From Octopus vulgaris (taxonomy: Eukaryota), in the NCBI GenBank assembly GCA_951406725.2, contig OX597821.1, positions 82,398,001 through 82,462,000 on the forward strand: a stretch of DNA of 64,000 nt, given 5' to 3'. The position numbers and the translations under genes are program-made. How positions within the stretch are numbered: the stretch's first letter is position 1; the number at the start of each line of letters is the position of its first letter. The notes beneath the pieces were generated by a model. That model was not told the origin of the DNA. It worked only from the letters and a program-made list of their open reading frames with translations, and ran no database searches. Shown one piece after another: positions 12,946 to 26,314 of the stretch.

Positions 12946-13488
12946 CTGCATGGCACTTTGGGTAAGTGTCTTCCACTATAGCCCTGAGCCAACCGGAGCT
13001 TTGTGATTGAATTCGGTAGGTGGAAGTTACTGCCGTGTGTGTATGTGTGCGTATAGCTGCTCAGTGCCTCTCCGAAAGAGAGAGAGGGATATTATCCAAA
13101 GTGTATTGTATTATATATCAGTATGGCCAATCTTACTAATCAGTTTCATGCCATAATGGATATATAATACTGTACACTTTGAATACATCCACTCTATTGA
13201 CAGATATATGAGTGCATTTCTTCCTGATTTATGGACTCTTAGACAGTTTACACACATACACACACATATATATATATATACACATATATATGTGTGTGTG
13301 TAGGACCATCTCATTACCTGAGTACCATTATCTATCTCTTTGCATCCTTTACAAATCATGTCTCTTTTCCCCGTTCCCCTTTTTCTGACTATATATGAGT
13401 AGTTAGGTAGATCCTTTACAAGAAGCTGTTCTAACCTCCCCTTTCTCATAGTTTACTCTCCTGTCCCCTAGCTTGAAGCTGATGCCAC

Positions 13489-13519
<31 letters not shown>

Positions 13520-13981
13520 TTCCCCCAGGGTTTGTAGTCCAGTAAGTTATGTGGCAACCTTAATAGTGCTGGTAGCATGAAAAAGCCCCCAGTACATGCT
13601 GTAAAATGGTTGGCATCAGGAAGGGCATCTAATCAAAGAAACTATACCAAAGTAGACACCAGAGCACAAGGTAGTCCTTGAACCCACTGTCAAACCATCC
13701 AACTCATACCAGCATGGAACATGGACATTAATTGATGATGATGATGATGATGATGATAATAATGAGATAGGTAGATAGAGAGATAGAGAGAAAGGGGAAG
13801 ATATATATAATGAGAGGGAGGGAGACTAAGATACAATATCAACCAAATAATGGATTCAATTTAATCAATTGACCCCTCTCCCTAAATTTGTGATATTGTG
13901 CCTATGTTGTTTAGGGCATTTCAATAATAGTAACTACAACAAGTAAAGGAACTGGCCAGCTAAAACATACCATCTACTTAC

Positions 13982-14155
13982 AGAAAGGAACTCATATCCA
14001 GGAAATGTGTGAAATATCTGGTAAAGAGGCTTTCTTGATTAAGTTTCAGATGCGATGGTATGGACATATCATTCGCACAAATACAAGTTGAATACCAAAC
14101 CAAATCTTTTATGGTCAGTTTTTTAAATTCATGACACAATGTAAGCCAGCCACTT
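13982..14155 (-). CDS. Candidate 174-nt symmetric (phase 2-2) internal exon, unknown protein
   Basis: Acceptor tttgtctttatactgtag, donor GTAAGT, a single open frame of 58 codons (SGWLTLCHEFKKLTIKDLVWYSTCICAND...FLDMSSFL), non-repetitive. Confidence 0.4.
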
Positions 14156-14384
14156 CTACAGTATAAAGACAAATTAAAAAATAATTTGAAACACCTGAGC
14201 ATTGGGAAAGCAAAATTTAAGTAACTTGCGAAAATCTGTACAGATTGGAGGAGAGAATGCTTTTTCCAGCTCCAAATTTTTGAAACTTTAGGGAGACTTC
14301 ATCAAGAATAGTTACAAGGAAATTGGAAAAGAATCCAACAGAACCTGCAAACCACTACTGTCTGCATTGTGATTTCTCAGCTAG

Positions 14385-14573
14385 AGGCACGTAAAAAGCA
14401 CCCACTACACTCACGGAGTGGTTGGCGTTAGGAAGGGCATCCAGCCGTAGAAACACTGCCAGATCAGACTGGGCCTGATGCAGCCTTCCGGCTTCACAGT
14501 CCCCAGTTGAACCGTCCAACCCATGCCAGCATGGAAAGCGGACGCTAAATGATGATGAAGATGATGATGATGA
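14385..14573 (+). mobile_element. RTE 3'-UTR-derived repeat
   Basis: Close match to 5670-5840 with GAT tail. Confidence 0.85.
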
Positions 14574-14899
14574 TCACATGCTGGTTTGATAAGTCATACT
14601 CATACTCATATCCATACTTCTTGTGGTGGCCTGAGGAATCACATGAGGAGTTACCAGGTGAAGTGAATGAATTGCAAATATTGGTGAATAGCATTAATGG
14701 TAATGTGGGTGTGCTGTTGATTGTCTATTTGGTTGGATTCTTTTTCTAGTTGAACACTCATGCATCATCTTCGACAGGAGAGTCCGTCATTTGTGTGTGT
14801 GCATGTGTGTGCATGTGTGTGTGCATGTGTGTGCATGTGTGTGTGCATTTGTGTGCATGTGTGCGTGCATGTGTGTGTATGTGTGTGTGTCTGTGTAGT

Positions 14900-15062
14900 A
14901 ACAGTTTGATTCAGTAACACATGACTTAAAATTTTATGGGTGTGTAGTGTAGGACATATCCATCTCATCAAATTCTAGGAGCAGCTCCCAGCATCTGATG
15001 AGATGGACATTGTCCTACACACCCACAGGGCTTTAAGTCATGTGCAGCTGAGTCAAACTATT
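14900..15062. repeat. Foldback element carrying decayed HHR motifs on both arms
   Basis: Arms of about 75 bp; right arm GCAT-CTGATGA-...-AGGG(for GAAA)-CTTTAAG-TC-ATGT; same family as 53322-53418. Confidence 0.8.
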
Positions 15063-15143
15063 ATTCAAACAATTTATGCAAAATATATAAAACACCTATC
15101 AAACGTATAGTGTGATTTACTTTTATCTGCTCACTCATACTTG

Positions 15144-15198
<55 letters not shown>

Positions 15199-16038
15199 CA
15201 GGGTGCGGTGAATGTATTGTCATCTAAATTAGGCAAAAATGAAAATAACTCTGACATCTCCTTTTAGCAGATATATTTACCAAAATTACATAGAAATATC
15301 TTGAAATACTAAAGAGTAAATTTGTTTTAATAAAATCGTCATTGGCTTCAACCATGGCCTCCAGACGACTTTGGAATCTCCTGCAACTTTTCTGGATGGT
15401 CTCCTTGTTTAAGATGATGAATACTGCCATAATTCTTGCCTGCAGTTCATCTTAGGTATTACAAGAAGTTTTGTTGGTCTCTTGCTCAACTGTGCCCTAC
15501 ACATAATAATCAAGGGGGTTGCAGTCTGGGGAGTTAGGTGACCAGATGTTAGGAGTGGTGTGGTCGTAGAGATTGTTTGACAGCCACGACTGGGTTCTCC
15601 TGCTTGTGTGGCATGGTGCAGAATCTGTTGCCATAGTGACCCAGAGCAGCACTACCTCCTCCAGGCAATTGATATAGGCCTCCATGTTGAGTGTGAGGCT
15701 GTGTGGGAAGCTGAATGGAGGTATAACGTCGCCATCACTAGTGATCACTCCAAACACCATAAGGTTGACTGGATGTTTGATTTTTAGCTGTCTCAGTACA
15801 TGTCTTCAGATTAATGCCCAAACACTCTGAAATATTCATATTGGAGCTTCCAGCGTGAATGTCAAGCAATGCAGCATGTTGTTTCCAAATTTTTGGCAGA
15901 GTGAATTGCATCATGGTGCTGTTTTTCTCACGGACAATGCCCAACTGACCCTACAATATTGTGTGGTCGAAAAAATCCAAAGCAAACAATGCACATGCAT
16001 GAAATAAAAAAATATAAAAAAATATACATTGCACCCTG
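15199..16038 (-). mobile_element. Internally deleted Tc1/mariner-superfamily (maT/DD37D-like) element
   Basis: TIRs CAGGGTGC.../...GCACCCTG with TA on both sides; remnants MVFGVITSDG, IWSPNSPDCNPLDYYV, CRRFQSRLEAMVEAN. Confidence 0.85.
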
Positions 16039-16113
16039 TATATCTGTGTGTGTGTGTAACCCGTGCAAGCACAGAAAACGGACGTTAAACGATGATGATG
16101 ATGATGATGATGA

Positions 16114-16152
<39 letters not shown>

Positions 16153-16154
16153 CA

Positions 16155-16830
16155 TAGGAAAAATAGAAGTTGAAAATGCATTGAGAATAGATAAAATATT
16201 TTCTTATTAATATATCTAAAGCTTTAACTGGTTTCAGAGTTTACACTAATTTTCAAAAAGTTCAAATAGAAAGATGTGGCTTGGCTGTTTTGCTTCTGAC
16301 CAATGTTTGAAACTTACCCTATTTTCGTAGGGAGGTCATGGCTCAAATTAGTATACGTTTTGAAAGGATTTGATTGGTAGAAGACAGTCACATGACTGGT
16401 CTTAGAAATTATTGTAGGCTCCCCACTATGTCCATGTGTTAGTATAAAGTGACAATGTTTGGTGTCGTAACTGTATCAGCCTTAACTTACGATGCCAAAC
16501 ATTGTCACTTGATGCTAACACATGGACATAGCGGGGAGCCTACAATAATTTCTAAGACCAGCCATGTGACTATCCTCTACCTATCAAATCCTATTCAAAA
16601 CATATACTAATTTGAGCCATGAACTCCCTATAAAAACAGGGCAAGCTACAAACACTAGTCAGAAGCTAGACAGCTGTGACATAAAGCCATGTCTTTCCAC
16701 TTGAACTTTTTGAAAATCAGTGTAAAATGTGAAAACCGGTTAAAGCTTTAAATATATTAATAATAAAAAATATTTTAACTATTCTCAGTGTATTTTCTAC
16801 CCATGTGGAATAAAATAACTTTGTTTTCTA
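16155..16830. repeat. About 670-bp foldback (arms about 300 bp, 16-nt loop at 16471-16486)
   Basis: e.g. ggtcttagaaattattgtaggctcccc (left) versus ggggagcctacaataatttctaagacc (right); bounded by TA-rich tracts. Confidence 0.9.
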
Positions 16831-16849
16831 TATATACATATATATTATC

Positions 16850-18016
16850 AACACAATCTTGCCATTTTATTGGTAGCTTATTTATGCCGGCAGCAATGAA
16901 TTCTGGAGAGCAAGAGGTGATGAATCACAAAAGCTGTTTTTGCATCTTCTTCAGATTCAAAGTTTTTTTCTTTACAAAAAGATGTCTAATGCCTGGAAAA
17001 TGTGACAGTCAGTTGGTGCAAGGTCTGGTGAATATGGTGGATGACAGAGTATGTTCCAAGTTCAGTTCCTGTAACTTGAGTAGTGTTCTTTGTGCAACAT
17101 GTGGTCAAGTATTGTCTTGCAAAAAAATCGACCTGTCTCTATTGACCAGTCTTGGTTGTTTAATTGCAAGTTCACTCATCATTTCATCCAATTGGTTGAT
17201 GTATACATCTGCTGTAATTGACTTACCAGGTCTCATGAAGCTGTAGTGAATGACACCAGCACTGGACCGCCAAACAGACACTGTTAGCTCTTTTTGGTGA
17301 ATATTCTTTCTTGGATTGTGTTTTGGCATTTTGTCTCTATCCAGCCACCGTGCAGAACACTTGCTATTGTTGGAAAGAATCCATTTTTCATCACACATAG
17401 TGATACACTGTAAAAATGCTTCGCTTTTATGCTGTGACAGCAAACAACAGCAAGTTTGAAGATGATGTGTCATTTAATGCTCGTTCAGTTCATATGGGAC
17501 CCATTTGTCCAGTTTCTTTACCTTGCCAATGTTTCAAATAGTCCAATACGGTTAGAATTGAAACATCAAACCTTGCTGATAACTCACACGTAGTTTGAGA
17601 TGTATCCACTTCCACTACAGTTTCCAGCTCATCATTATCCACCTTGGTCTCAGATCAACCATGGGGCTGATCCTCAAGAGTAAAGTCACCAGACTGGAAC
17701 TTCTCAAACGATCGATGTACAGTGTGTTCATTCACCACATCTTCACCAAACACCTCATTGATGTTTCAAACTGCATTGGCTCCACAACGGGACTCATATT
17801 TATAAACAGCACAAATTCTTTATCTATCCATGGATTCACAAAAATTGATTTACAAGAGAAAACTCACAATATCATCAGACACCATGAATTGCATTTCAAA
17901 AAGTGATGATGTAACTCTTCAATGTTGTAAAACAAAGAATTGTCAAGATTAAACATTAGAGTTAACGACTGTCAAACTTGGTGTATAAGGAAATTAGACA
18001 TTTCCTTCTGAATGAC

Positions 18017-18019
<3 letters not shown>
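16850..18019 (-). pseudogene. Decayed mariner (DD34D) transposase element
   Basis: KWVPYELN, TMCDEKWI, LQDN and VIHYSF motifs; stops and frameshifts; one end adjoins (TA)n. Confidence 0.9.
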
Positions 18020-18054
<35 letters not shown>

Positions 18055-18119
18055 TATCTATCTATCTATCTACCTATACATATCTCTCTCCCACCTCTCT
18101 CTCTCCCTCTCTCTCTCTT

Positions 18120-18154
<35 letters not shown>

Positions 18155-18984
18155 TAACAGAGATCACTAAAGTGACCTCTATTAACTTGCCTTGAAATTG
18201 CTAATAAGCCACCCATTTTATTTATACATACATACATACATACATACATACATGCATATATTATTCGTGCATTATTCATATTTGCTTTTTATTTTCACAT
18301 ATACAGTGTAGGTAGAGTATATTTAAAAGAGCAAGAAACTGTACAGAATTTGAACTCCTGTCCTGTGACTAGCAACCAATCACTGATACTGAAATGCCAA
18401 TTAAAAGCTATTAAAAATAATATGACTTTCGAGCATGCAATGAATCAGGTTTTAGCTTCAAAAAGCAGGAAACAAAGGCAGACACTTAAATTCCAACAGA
18501 ATATTTATTCTTGTCTCATAGACAGAATTCCTTTGCATAAACGTACCAGCTGCACAGGTAACAGATTGGTGATTGCTTCTTTTAAACAAGCACTCACACA
18601 CCAATGCAGGTATGCAAACACACACATACACTTACTCACACACACACACAAACACACACACACATATGCATATAGTTGCGTGTGTGTATATGTGTCTTGA
18701 GTACATTTCCTTGCTCTTGTATAAGTAGGTATACACACATAAGTACACAAATATGTATGTGTATACACACACACACACACACACACACTGAGAGAAAAAG
18801 AGAAAAAGAGAAAGGACAAAAGAACTTGTTAGTGCTTCACTGAGTCTCATTGGAAATTTGGGTTCATTGAATAGAAACGTATATATTAGATATATAATTA
18901 TTGATTATATGCATGTATGTATGTACATATACATACATACATATATATATAAATATGTATGTATACATATGTACATACGTATGT

Positions 18985-19032
<48 letters not shown>

Positions 19033-19118
19033 ACACACACACATACATACATACATACATGCATACCATCACACATTCACAAGTATAGATATTTACAGAC
19101 AGACATACATGAAAAACA

Positions 19119-19198
<80 letters not shown>

Positions 19199-19703
19199 TA
19201 AATAGATACATATATGTGAATACATATACATACATTTGTGTGTATGTCTGAGTGTGAGTGTGTGTGTGTGTCTGCATCTCTGTATGCATGCATAGTCTGG
19301 GGAGAAATAATCATTAGTTAATAGATATCTACCTCATATATATTGATTGATTTTATTTTTTGTTCTTTTTTTTTACTATATCAATGAAAATGGTATCAAG
19401 GTCAAGATTATAGGAGAAAGTAGCATTGCTGATCATGAGAGAAATTATCCATTCACATTATTACGGCTGTTACTATTTGTGATTGAATGCCTTTGTGTCT
19501 GTGTATGCACATGCATGTGTATATATGCATATACATACACACACAGATACACATGCACACACACACACATACACACACACACAGAACATATACATAAATA
19601 ACAGTGTACATATATATATATATGTATATATACTCATACACATACACACATATATATATATATATATATACACATACACACACACATATATATATATTTT
19701 TTT

Positions 19704-19787
<84 letters not shown>

Positions 19788-20248
19788 ACACACACACACA
19801 TATATATATACACACACACAAACATAATGATGGCTGCACTTGATTTTCAGCAATGTAATTGCTTTGTTGTTCTCTGAAGCATATGTAAGTTTTCAATCCT
19901 GCTAGGGACCAACACTCTTTTATAAAGATGTGCCAACAATAGGTACCTTTTGTAACAGGTGCTAGGAGAGCTTGCCAACTCCGTTTACACATGCCTTCAT
20001 TCCATCAGGGATTCCTTCATTGTTTTGCCTTGCTCCACTATGGCCAGCTATGTCATGCAACAGATAATAGAGATGTTAGAAATCAAATGATGCTTGCTCT
20101 TGAATCTGAATCTTTTTAAAGTGAGTGCCAATCCTACTCTCGGAACAATGTATGCACTTGTCCAAAAAGAACAACTAGTCTACATCATTACATACAAATG
20201 AAGTTAGGGACGTTATATCAGTTTTCCTTCTCATGTATACATACATAT

Positions 20249-20571
20249 GAGGGGGCGGGGTGCTGAAAAGTTTCTGACTTAAAGGGCATCACAAAAAGCC
20301 TTGCTGGAGGACCAACCTTCTGAGTTCTTTTACAAGGCTTAGAAAAATTGAAAGACCGATGCAACAAGTGTGTGAATCTAAGAGGAGAATATGTTGAATA
20401 AAATCATAGGCACAGGAGTGGCTGTGTGGTAAGTAGCTTGTTTACCAACCACATGGTTCCGGGTTCACTCCCACTGCATGGCACCTTGGACAAGTGTCTT
20501 CTACTATAGCCTCGGGCCGACCAAAGCCTTGTGAGTGGATTTAGTAGACGGAAACTGAAAGAAGCCCGTCG

Positions 20572-20614
<43 letters not shown>

Positions 20615-20879
20615 TTGTCCCCTTAGCATTGCTTGACAACTGATGCTGGTGTGTTTATGTCCCTGTTACTTAGCGGTTCGGCAAAAGAGACCGATTGAAT
20701 AAGTACTGGGCTTACAAAAGCATAAGTCCCGGAGTCGAGTTGCTTGATTAAAGGCGGTGCTCCAGCATGGCCGCAGTCAAATGACTGAAACAAGTAAAAG
20801 AGTAAAAGAGTAAAAGAGTATACTCCTGTATTTTCTTTTACCCACCAAAGCCAAGAACTTTTCAGTCCCCACCACCTTG
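20249..20879 (+). mobile_element. Mariner-derived miniature element with a SINE inserted
   Basis: TIR-like GAGGGG..GTGCTGAAAAGTT / AACTTTTCAGTCCCCC..; C-terminal remnant LEKLKDRCNKCVNLRGEYVE*. Confidence 0.7.
20408..20820 (+). mobile_element. Full-length family A CORE-type SINE
   Basis: Complete head, TA/TG linker, body and (GTAAAAGA)n tail. Confidence 0.9.
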
Positions 20880-20887
20880 TATATATG

Positions 20888-20958
<71 letters not shown>

Positions 20959-22844
20959 TCTTCATCATCATTTCATTTCTGCTTTCTATAATAGCAGGGG
21001 TTTGATAAGTCATTGCTTCCACAGATTGGTGCTGATATGTGTTATTTGGCTGGGTTTCTATGATTGAATGTCTTTCCTATCACCAGTGACTTTAAAGAGT
21101 ATGATTGTCTTACTCCTTTCTCGCTTTCATGAGTTTTCTACATTCAAATCCCATGTCTCACTACGTGGGGGTATTGCAAGTCTGATACAAGCATCATACA
21201 ATCCATTTGCCCTTCTACCTGAGTGAGAAGGCCATTTTTGTCAGCTCCTTAAACTTTCTCCAAGTTTTTAATTCGGATGCTCTTCTTTCAGAACAATCAC
21301 TTCCTCTGCAAATTATGTTACCCAGGTAACAAACCATCAACTACTTCTAGTGAGTCAACTAGGCATTTAAGAGAGTATATAGCCATTGTGCTGTTAACGT
21401 GTATTGTCTCAGTGCCTTTGATTCTATTACAGCTCTTCTATGTCCAAAGCTAACAATAGGTAAACAAACAGAGTTTATATCTACTCCTTTTCTGCATTTT
21501 GAGTATGACTATTTCCATTGTGATACAACAATTTTAATATTGTTTCACACCATCATAAGTAGTAACCCTGCCTTAAGGTGTTGAAATCATGATGATATCT
21601 GATTGGTAGCTGATGAGGGAAATTCATCAGTTATATAAAATGTATTTTTGGCTCTCTCAGTTACGTCTCTGCTCATTGTCACTGTCATATTTGATTTGTT
21701 TGTTGTATGAAGAATATTCAATATTGCTTACTGATATAGTATGTGATAGAGTATATAGTATGTGTTAGACATTAGTAAGGTGATTTCATATTAGGGTGAT
21801 ACTATTTTTCGAAATAGTTACAGTTTATCAAAACTGCAGCATTATTTCATGGCAAATACAAAATACACATGCTCACACACACACACACACACACATGCGC
21901 GTGCATACACGCACACACACACACAACAGGGTGTAGTGGAAAGTATCACATTCACTACTCTTCATAAACATTTCAGCAGGAGTGCACCAGTCCAAACAAT
22001 GATTTCAATTGAAAAAAACCCCATAAAACCTTAGTTATATTAAGTCACCATAATAATTTACCTAACTGCACTAGTGCTACACTTAAGACTATGCAAAATG
22101 TGGGATGTTTTTCTGCTGCATCCTGTATGTATGTTTGATATATATATATATAAAGTTAATCCAAACAAGAAAGCACAAAAAAACACAACAACGCGAGGAC
22201 GTGGAACAAATATAGTATTATTGGACACTCAACGTATGTATTTATGTATGTACGTATGTATGTATGTATGTATATATGTATATGTATGGCATGTATGTAT
22301 GCATGTATGTATGTATATATATACATTTTTTCTGTTAATTTTGCAGAACATTGGGAATAGCTAACATCTAGTTGACTGTCATGCTTTCTCAGGAAATAAA
22401 CACATCATTTAGATGAATTAAGCTGACTCTTAGGAAGTTCCTGCCTGCCTAGTTTCTGTATATATCCATGAGGCAGTGAGCTGCAGAATCGTTAGCATGC
22501 CAACCAGTGTCTGGCAACATTCTGTCCACCTTTATGTTCAAAGTTCAAATTCCTGTGGATTCAATTTTGCTTTTGTAGAGGTGTGTGGCTTAGTGATTAG
22601 CGTGTTGGACTCATGATCATGAGATTATGGTTCCGATTCTTGGACTGGGTGATGTGTTTTGTTCTTGACTAAAACACTATATTTTGCATTGCTCCGGTTC
22701 ACTCAGCTGGCAAAAATGAGGAATTTATATGTTGTGGAAACCAGGAAATCGGCCCTTATGTGTCAGTATGACTCAAGAAGATAACTTTTTACTTTATATA
22801 TATATCCATATGCATATATATGTGATGCATATCTTTCCTTCATT

Positions 22845-23360
22845 GGACACTAAACTCTGCTTGCGAAGACCTGTTGAGGCAAGTGAAATCGAAATTGAAA
22901 TCAAATTTGATGACTGGCATCTGTACTAGTGGAGTGCTAAGAGCACCATCCGAGTGTGATCATTGTCTGAGCAGCTAACTAGCTTCCATGCCAGTGGCAC
23001 GTAAAAAGCACCATTCGAGCATGATTATTACCGCCTTACTGGCACTTGTGCCAGTGGCACGTGAAAAAACATTTGAGCGAGGTTGCAGCCAGTGCCACTG
23101 GACTGGCTCCTGTGCTAGTGGCATGCAAAAAACACCATTTGAGCGTAGCCATTGCCAGTACCGCCTGACTGGCTCTCGTGCTGGTGGCACGTAAAAGCAC
23201 CCACTACACTCTTGGAGTGGTTGGCGTTAGGAAGGGCATCCAGCTGTAGAAACTCTGCCAGACTGGAGTCCGGTGCCGCTATCTGGTTCACCAGTCCTCA
23301 GTCAAATCGTTCAACCCATGCTAGCATGGAAAGCAGATGTTAAACGATGATGATGATGAT
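22845..23360 (+). mobile_element. RTE 3'-UTR-derived repeat with internal tandem subrepeats
   Basis: Repeated TGCCAGTGGCACGTAAAAAGCACC units, GAT tail. Confidence 0.85.
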
Positions 23361-24194
23361 GTATACATACACACACATGCACACAGGCACACACACACTT
23401 GTATACATGCATACACACTTTTTTTTTTCCAGGAAGATGTTTATGCCATTAATTTTACATTGACCTATCCTTTGCAAAAGGACATTTTATAGACAGAATA
23501 CTGCGATTCAAGAAATGAGTTTTGTATACACAGTATGAAATTGATGCTGCTTTTCAATTACATTAAGGATGCAAATGTCATGGAAATAACTCAACAATTT
23601 ATAAGGAAGAGATCAAACAAATGGGACCCTCATTTATTTAAATCAATACAAGAACTTTATGCTCACACACACACACACACACGCACACACACACACACAC
23701 ACACACATTGATGCTAAATCCCCAATAAAAGAACCTTGTTTCTGGTTAAGAAACCAACAGTTTATCTCCATCAGCAAAAAGTTTGGAAAATAAACTGGAA
23801 TATACATACATACATACATACAAACACACACACATACATACATACATACATACATACATACATACATACATACATACATACATACATACATACATACATA
23901 CATACATGTACGTAAGGCTACCCTGTTGATGTTTTCTAAATCCCAATGTAAGTACCTTGTTTTTGAGTTAGACACCGGATCGTTCTTTATTTGTGAGAAA
24001 TTTGAAAAATAACCGGTGCATATACACATACATACTACACACACACTCACAAAGATATACCCATATACTTACATACATACACTTTGCACAAGCAGCAATA
24101 TCAAAGGTTTTATGCTTTCATATCCTGTAATTTAAAATTCCTACATAACGCTGCATCTCTCTCTCTCTCTCTTTCTCTCTCTGTTTGTCTCCTC

Positions 24195-24228
<34 letters not shown>

Positions 24229-24405
24229 ACTAGCTCTTGCCTCTCTTCTTCTAATCCTACCACTATTATTTATTCTTTACTATTTCATCCACATGAATCT
24301 CTCAAATCAACTTGAAAATCGATTAGAAAATATTTACATCCACTGTATATGAACAGAGTTAGTATAAAATATTATTATAGTTAATTTTCATTTTCTACTT
24401 TATAG

Positions 24406-24450
24406 ATTGAAGACAGTAAACAAGAAAAGAAGGAGAAAATGTTCGTTTGA
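24406..24450 (+). CDS. Candidate terminal coding exon (IEDSKQEKKEKMFV*)
   Basis: Acceptor ttttcattttctactttatag, phase 0, stop overlapping AATAAA; phase-compatible with the 3559-3586 candidate. Confidence 0.2.
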   Translation: MEDSKQEKKEKMFV

Positions 24451-25305
24451 ATAAACAGTTTATTACGTTCTCTTAGGAGAAGAAAATTAGAAAGTGTAAG
24501 CTACAGTTTAAAGAAATAAAAGGCATTGAAATATAAGCATTTGTGTGTGTACATGTATGTATGTGCATGCGTGCATGTGTGTGGGTGTGTGTGTGTGTGC
24601 GCGCGTGCGTGTGTGTGTGGACGTGCACATATATATGTATGTACACACACATATACGCAGTGAAAGAGGAACACACAACAGAAAGAGAGGAAACTATAGA
24701 AATGTATATATGAGTGTAATTGTGTATACATGTATATATATACACATATATATATATAGTTGTGTGTGTGTTATGCATGTGTATTTAAATATATGTATAC
24801 ACACACACATAATATAATGACGATGACGAACTTACATGTACAAATGTATACGTAAATGCAATGCAGTAAACACACACATATAAATATATATATATATAAT
24901 CCACATTTATACACATAGCTCTTTCACTCTCTCACCCACCTCTTGCTCTCTCGTTCTCTATAATGTGCAGATATGATGGAATATTAATGAGCTGAGAGAA
25001 AAACTAAATATAAAATGAATTAGATGTGGAGTGCAAGAGAGAAGTCTACGTTGGTATGTTGGTATGGGCATATGATACGTATGAAAGATGAAAGCTGCTT
25101 ACAGAAGAGTCACACACTCAAAATGAATGGAGAATATGAAGAGGAACACCAGAAAAGACTTGGTATAAAATGGTCAAGACTGAACTCAAGATGCTACTTC
25201 TCTAGCAAAATATGACAAAGGCCATATTCACTGATAATTCATGACATTGGAGAAGACTTAACAAGGAAAAGAAACCCATCCACAAATGTAAGCATATATA
25301 TAAAA

Positions 25306-25831
25306 CGAGCAAAACGCCCCCCACCCCTACCCCCGTCCAATGGCTGGTGCTGAGTTGTCAAACAGTTAAACCAAATTTTCTCAAAACAACTTGTCTGACC
25401 GTCCCATAGGCCTCCCCTTTGAGAAACACTGATTTAACCTAAATTTGAGACACCAGCAAAAGAAGAAATAAAGATAGACTGTTTTTCTATTCTAAAGAAA
25501 AACGATTTTATTCACACAAATATGCAACCGAAGAGTTTAAAGTACCAGTAACGATAAGGCTGTTGACTGGGAGAACACAAACATGGTTTAAACAGTAAGC
25601 TTGGCAGGAAAGAAACATGCATTTAAGCTGTACAAAAACAACAAAAAATGGAAGGTGCAGTTATGTACAGGTTGACGGAAGAAAAGCAGGACAAAAACAG
25701 CTTTATCGATCACATTCTCTCCTGGAATCGATTTTTGCAATTTCTCCAAGACTTATACATTCCTTGAAACCATCAGTATCTACATATCAAATCTGAGCGC
25801 AATCGGATGGAGGATGCCCAAGATCCCAGAA

Positions 25832-25869
<38 letters not shown>

Positions 25870-25889
25870 GAACGGATTTTATATAATAG
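25306..25889 (-). mobile_element. Non-autonomous Helitron-like element
   Basis: Minus-strand 5' end TCTATTATATAAAATCCGTTCTGTCTGTGTG; degenerate CTAG-like 3' end near 25306. Confidence 0.5.
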
Positions 25890-25915
25890 ATATAATATAT
25901 ATATATATCAAAAAT

Positions 25916-26122
25916 GTGACCGCGTGTGTATTGTTGGTGATTTTTTTTCTCCGTCTTCCCTGCCTTGGATCTTTCCTTTTCCTATGTTTCTGACGAAGAG
26001 CTCCACTCGAAACGTTAAATCCTCCTTCCTTCTTTCCTTTCCTGAGCGTCCAATAACACTATACTTGTTCCACGTCCTCGCATTGTTGTGTTTTCTCTTT
26101 GTGTTTTCATGTTTGGATTAAC
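25916..26122 (+). mobile_element. About 205-bp HHR-carrying short element (family E)
   Basis: Homologous to 38156-38360 (-), 38968-39165 (-), 22156-22231 (partial) and 63905-63992 (partial); ends TTTGGATTAAC at (TA)n. Confidence 0.85.
25986..26020 (+). ncRNA. Minimal type I hammerhead ribozyme
   Basis: GUUU-CUGACGA-A-GAG cucca CUC-GAAA-C-GUU^AAAU; loopless palindromic helix III ACGU. Confidence 0.8.
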
Positions 26123-26260
26123 TACATACATATATATATATATATATAATATATAATATATATAATTTGCTGTTCCATGATAGAGAATTCAACAAAAAAC
26201 GTACACCATCTGGTGAGAAATAAATATTATTTATTTAAAGGGCACAACACATGTATTTAA

Positions 26261-26314
26261 GCACTACTAATAGTTTCATATGTTGAGAAATACTCAAACA
26301 TATTCTTCAGGTTC
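26261..26314 (-). ncRNA. Type I hammerhead ribozyme
   Basis: GAAC-CUGAAGA-AUAUGUUUGAG uauuu CUCAACAUAU-GAAA-CUAUUAG-UA^GUGC. Confidence 0.8.

Noticed and set aside
21608-21632. CTGATGA-gggaaat-TCATCAG mini-hairpin
   Set aside because: HHR box on both strands but no convincing helix II/GAAA/UH partner
22985-23200. Regularly spaced GTGGCACGTAAAAAGCACC repeats resembling a CRISPR array
   Set aside because: Internal tandem subrepeats of the RTE 3' UTR family; spacers are related to each other, the context is eukaryotic and there are no cas genes
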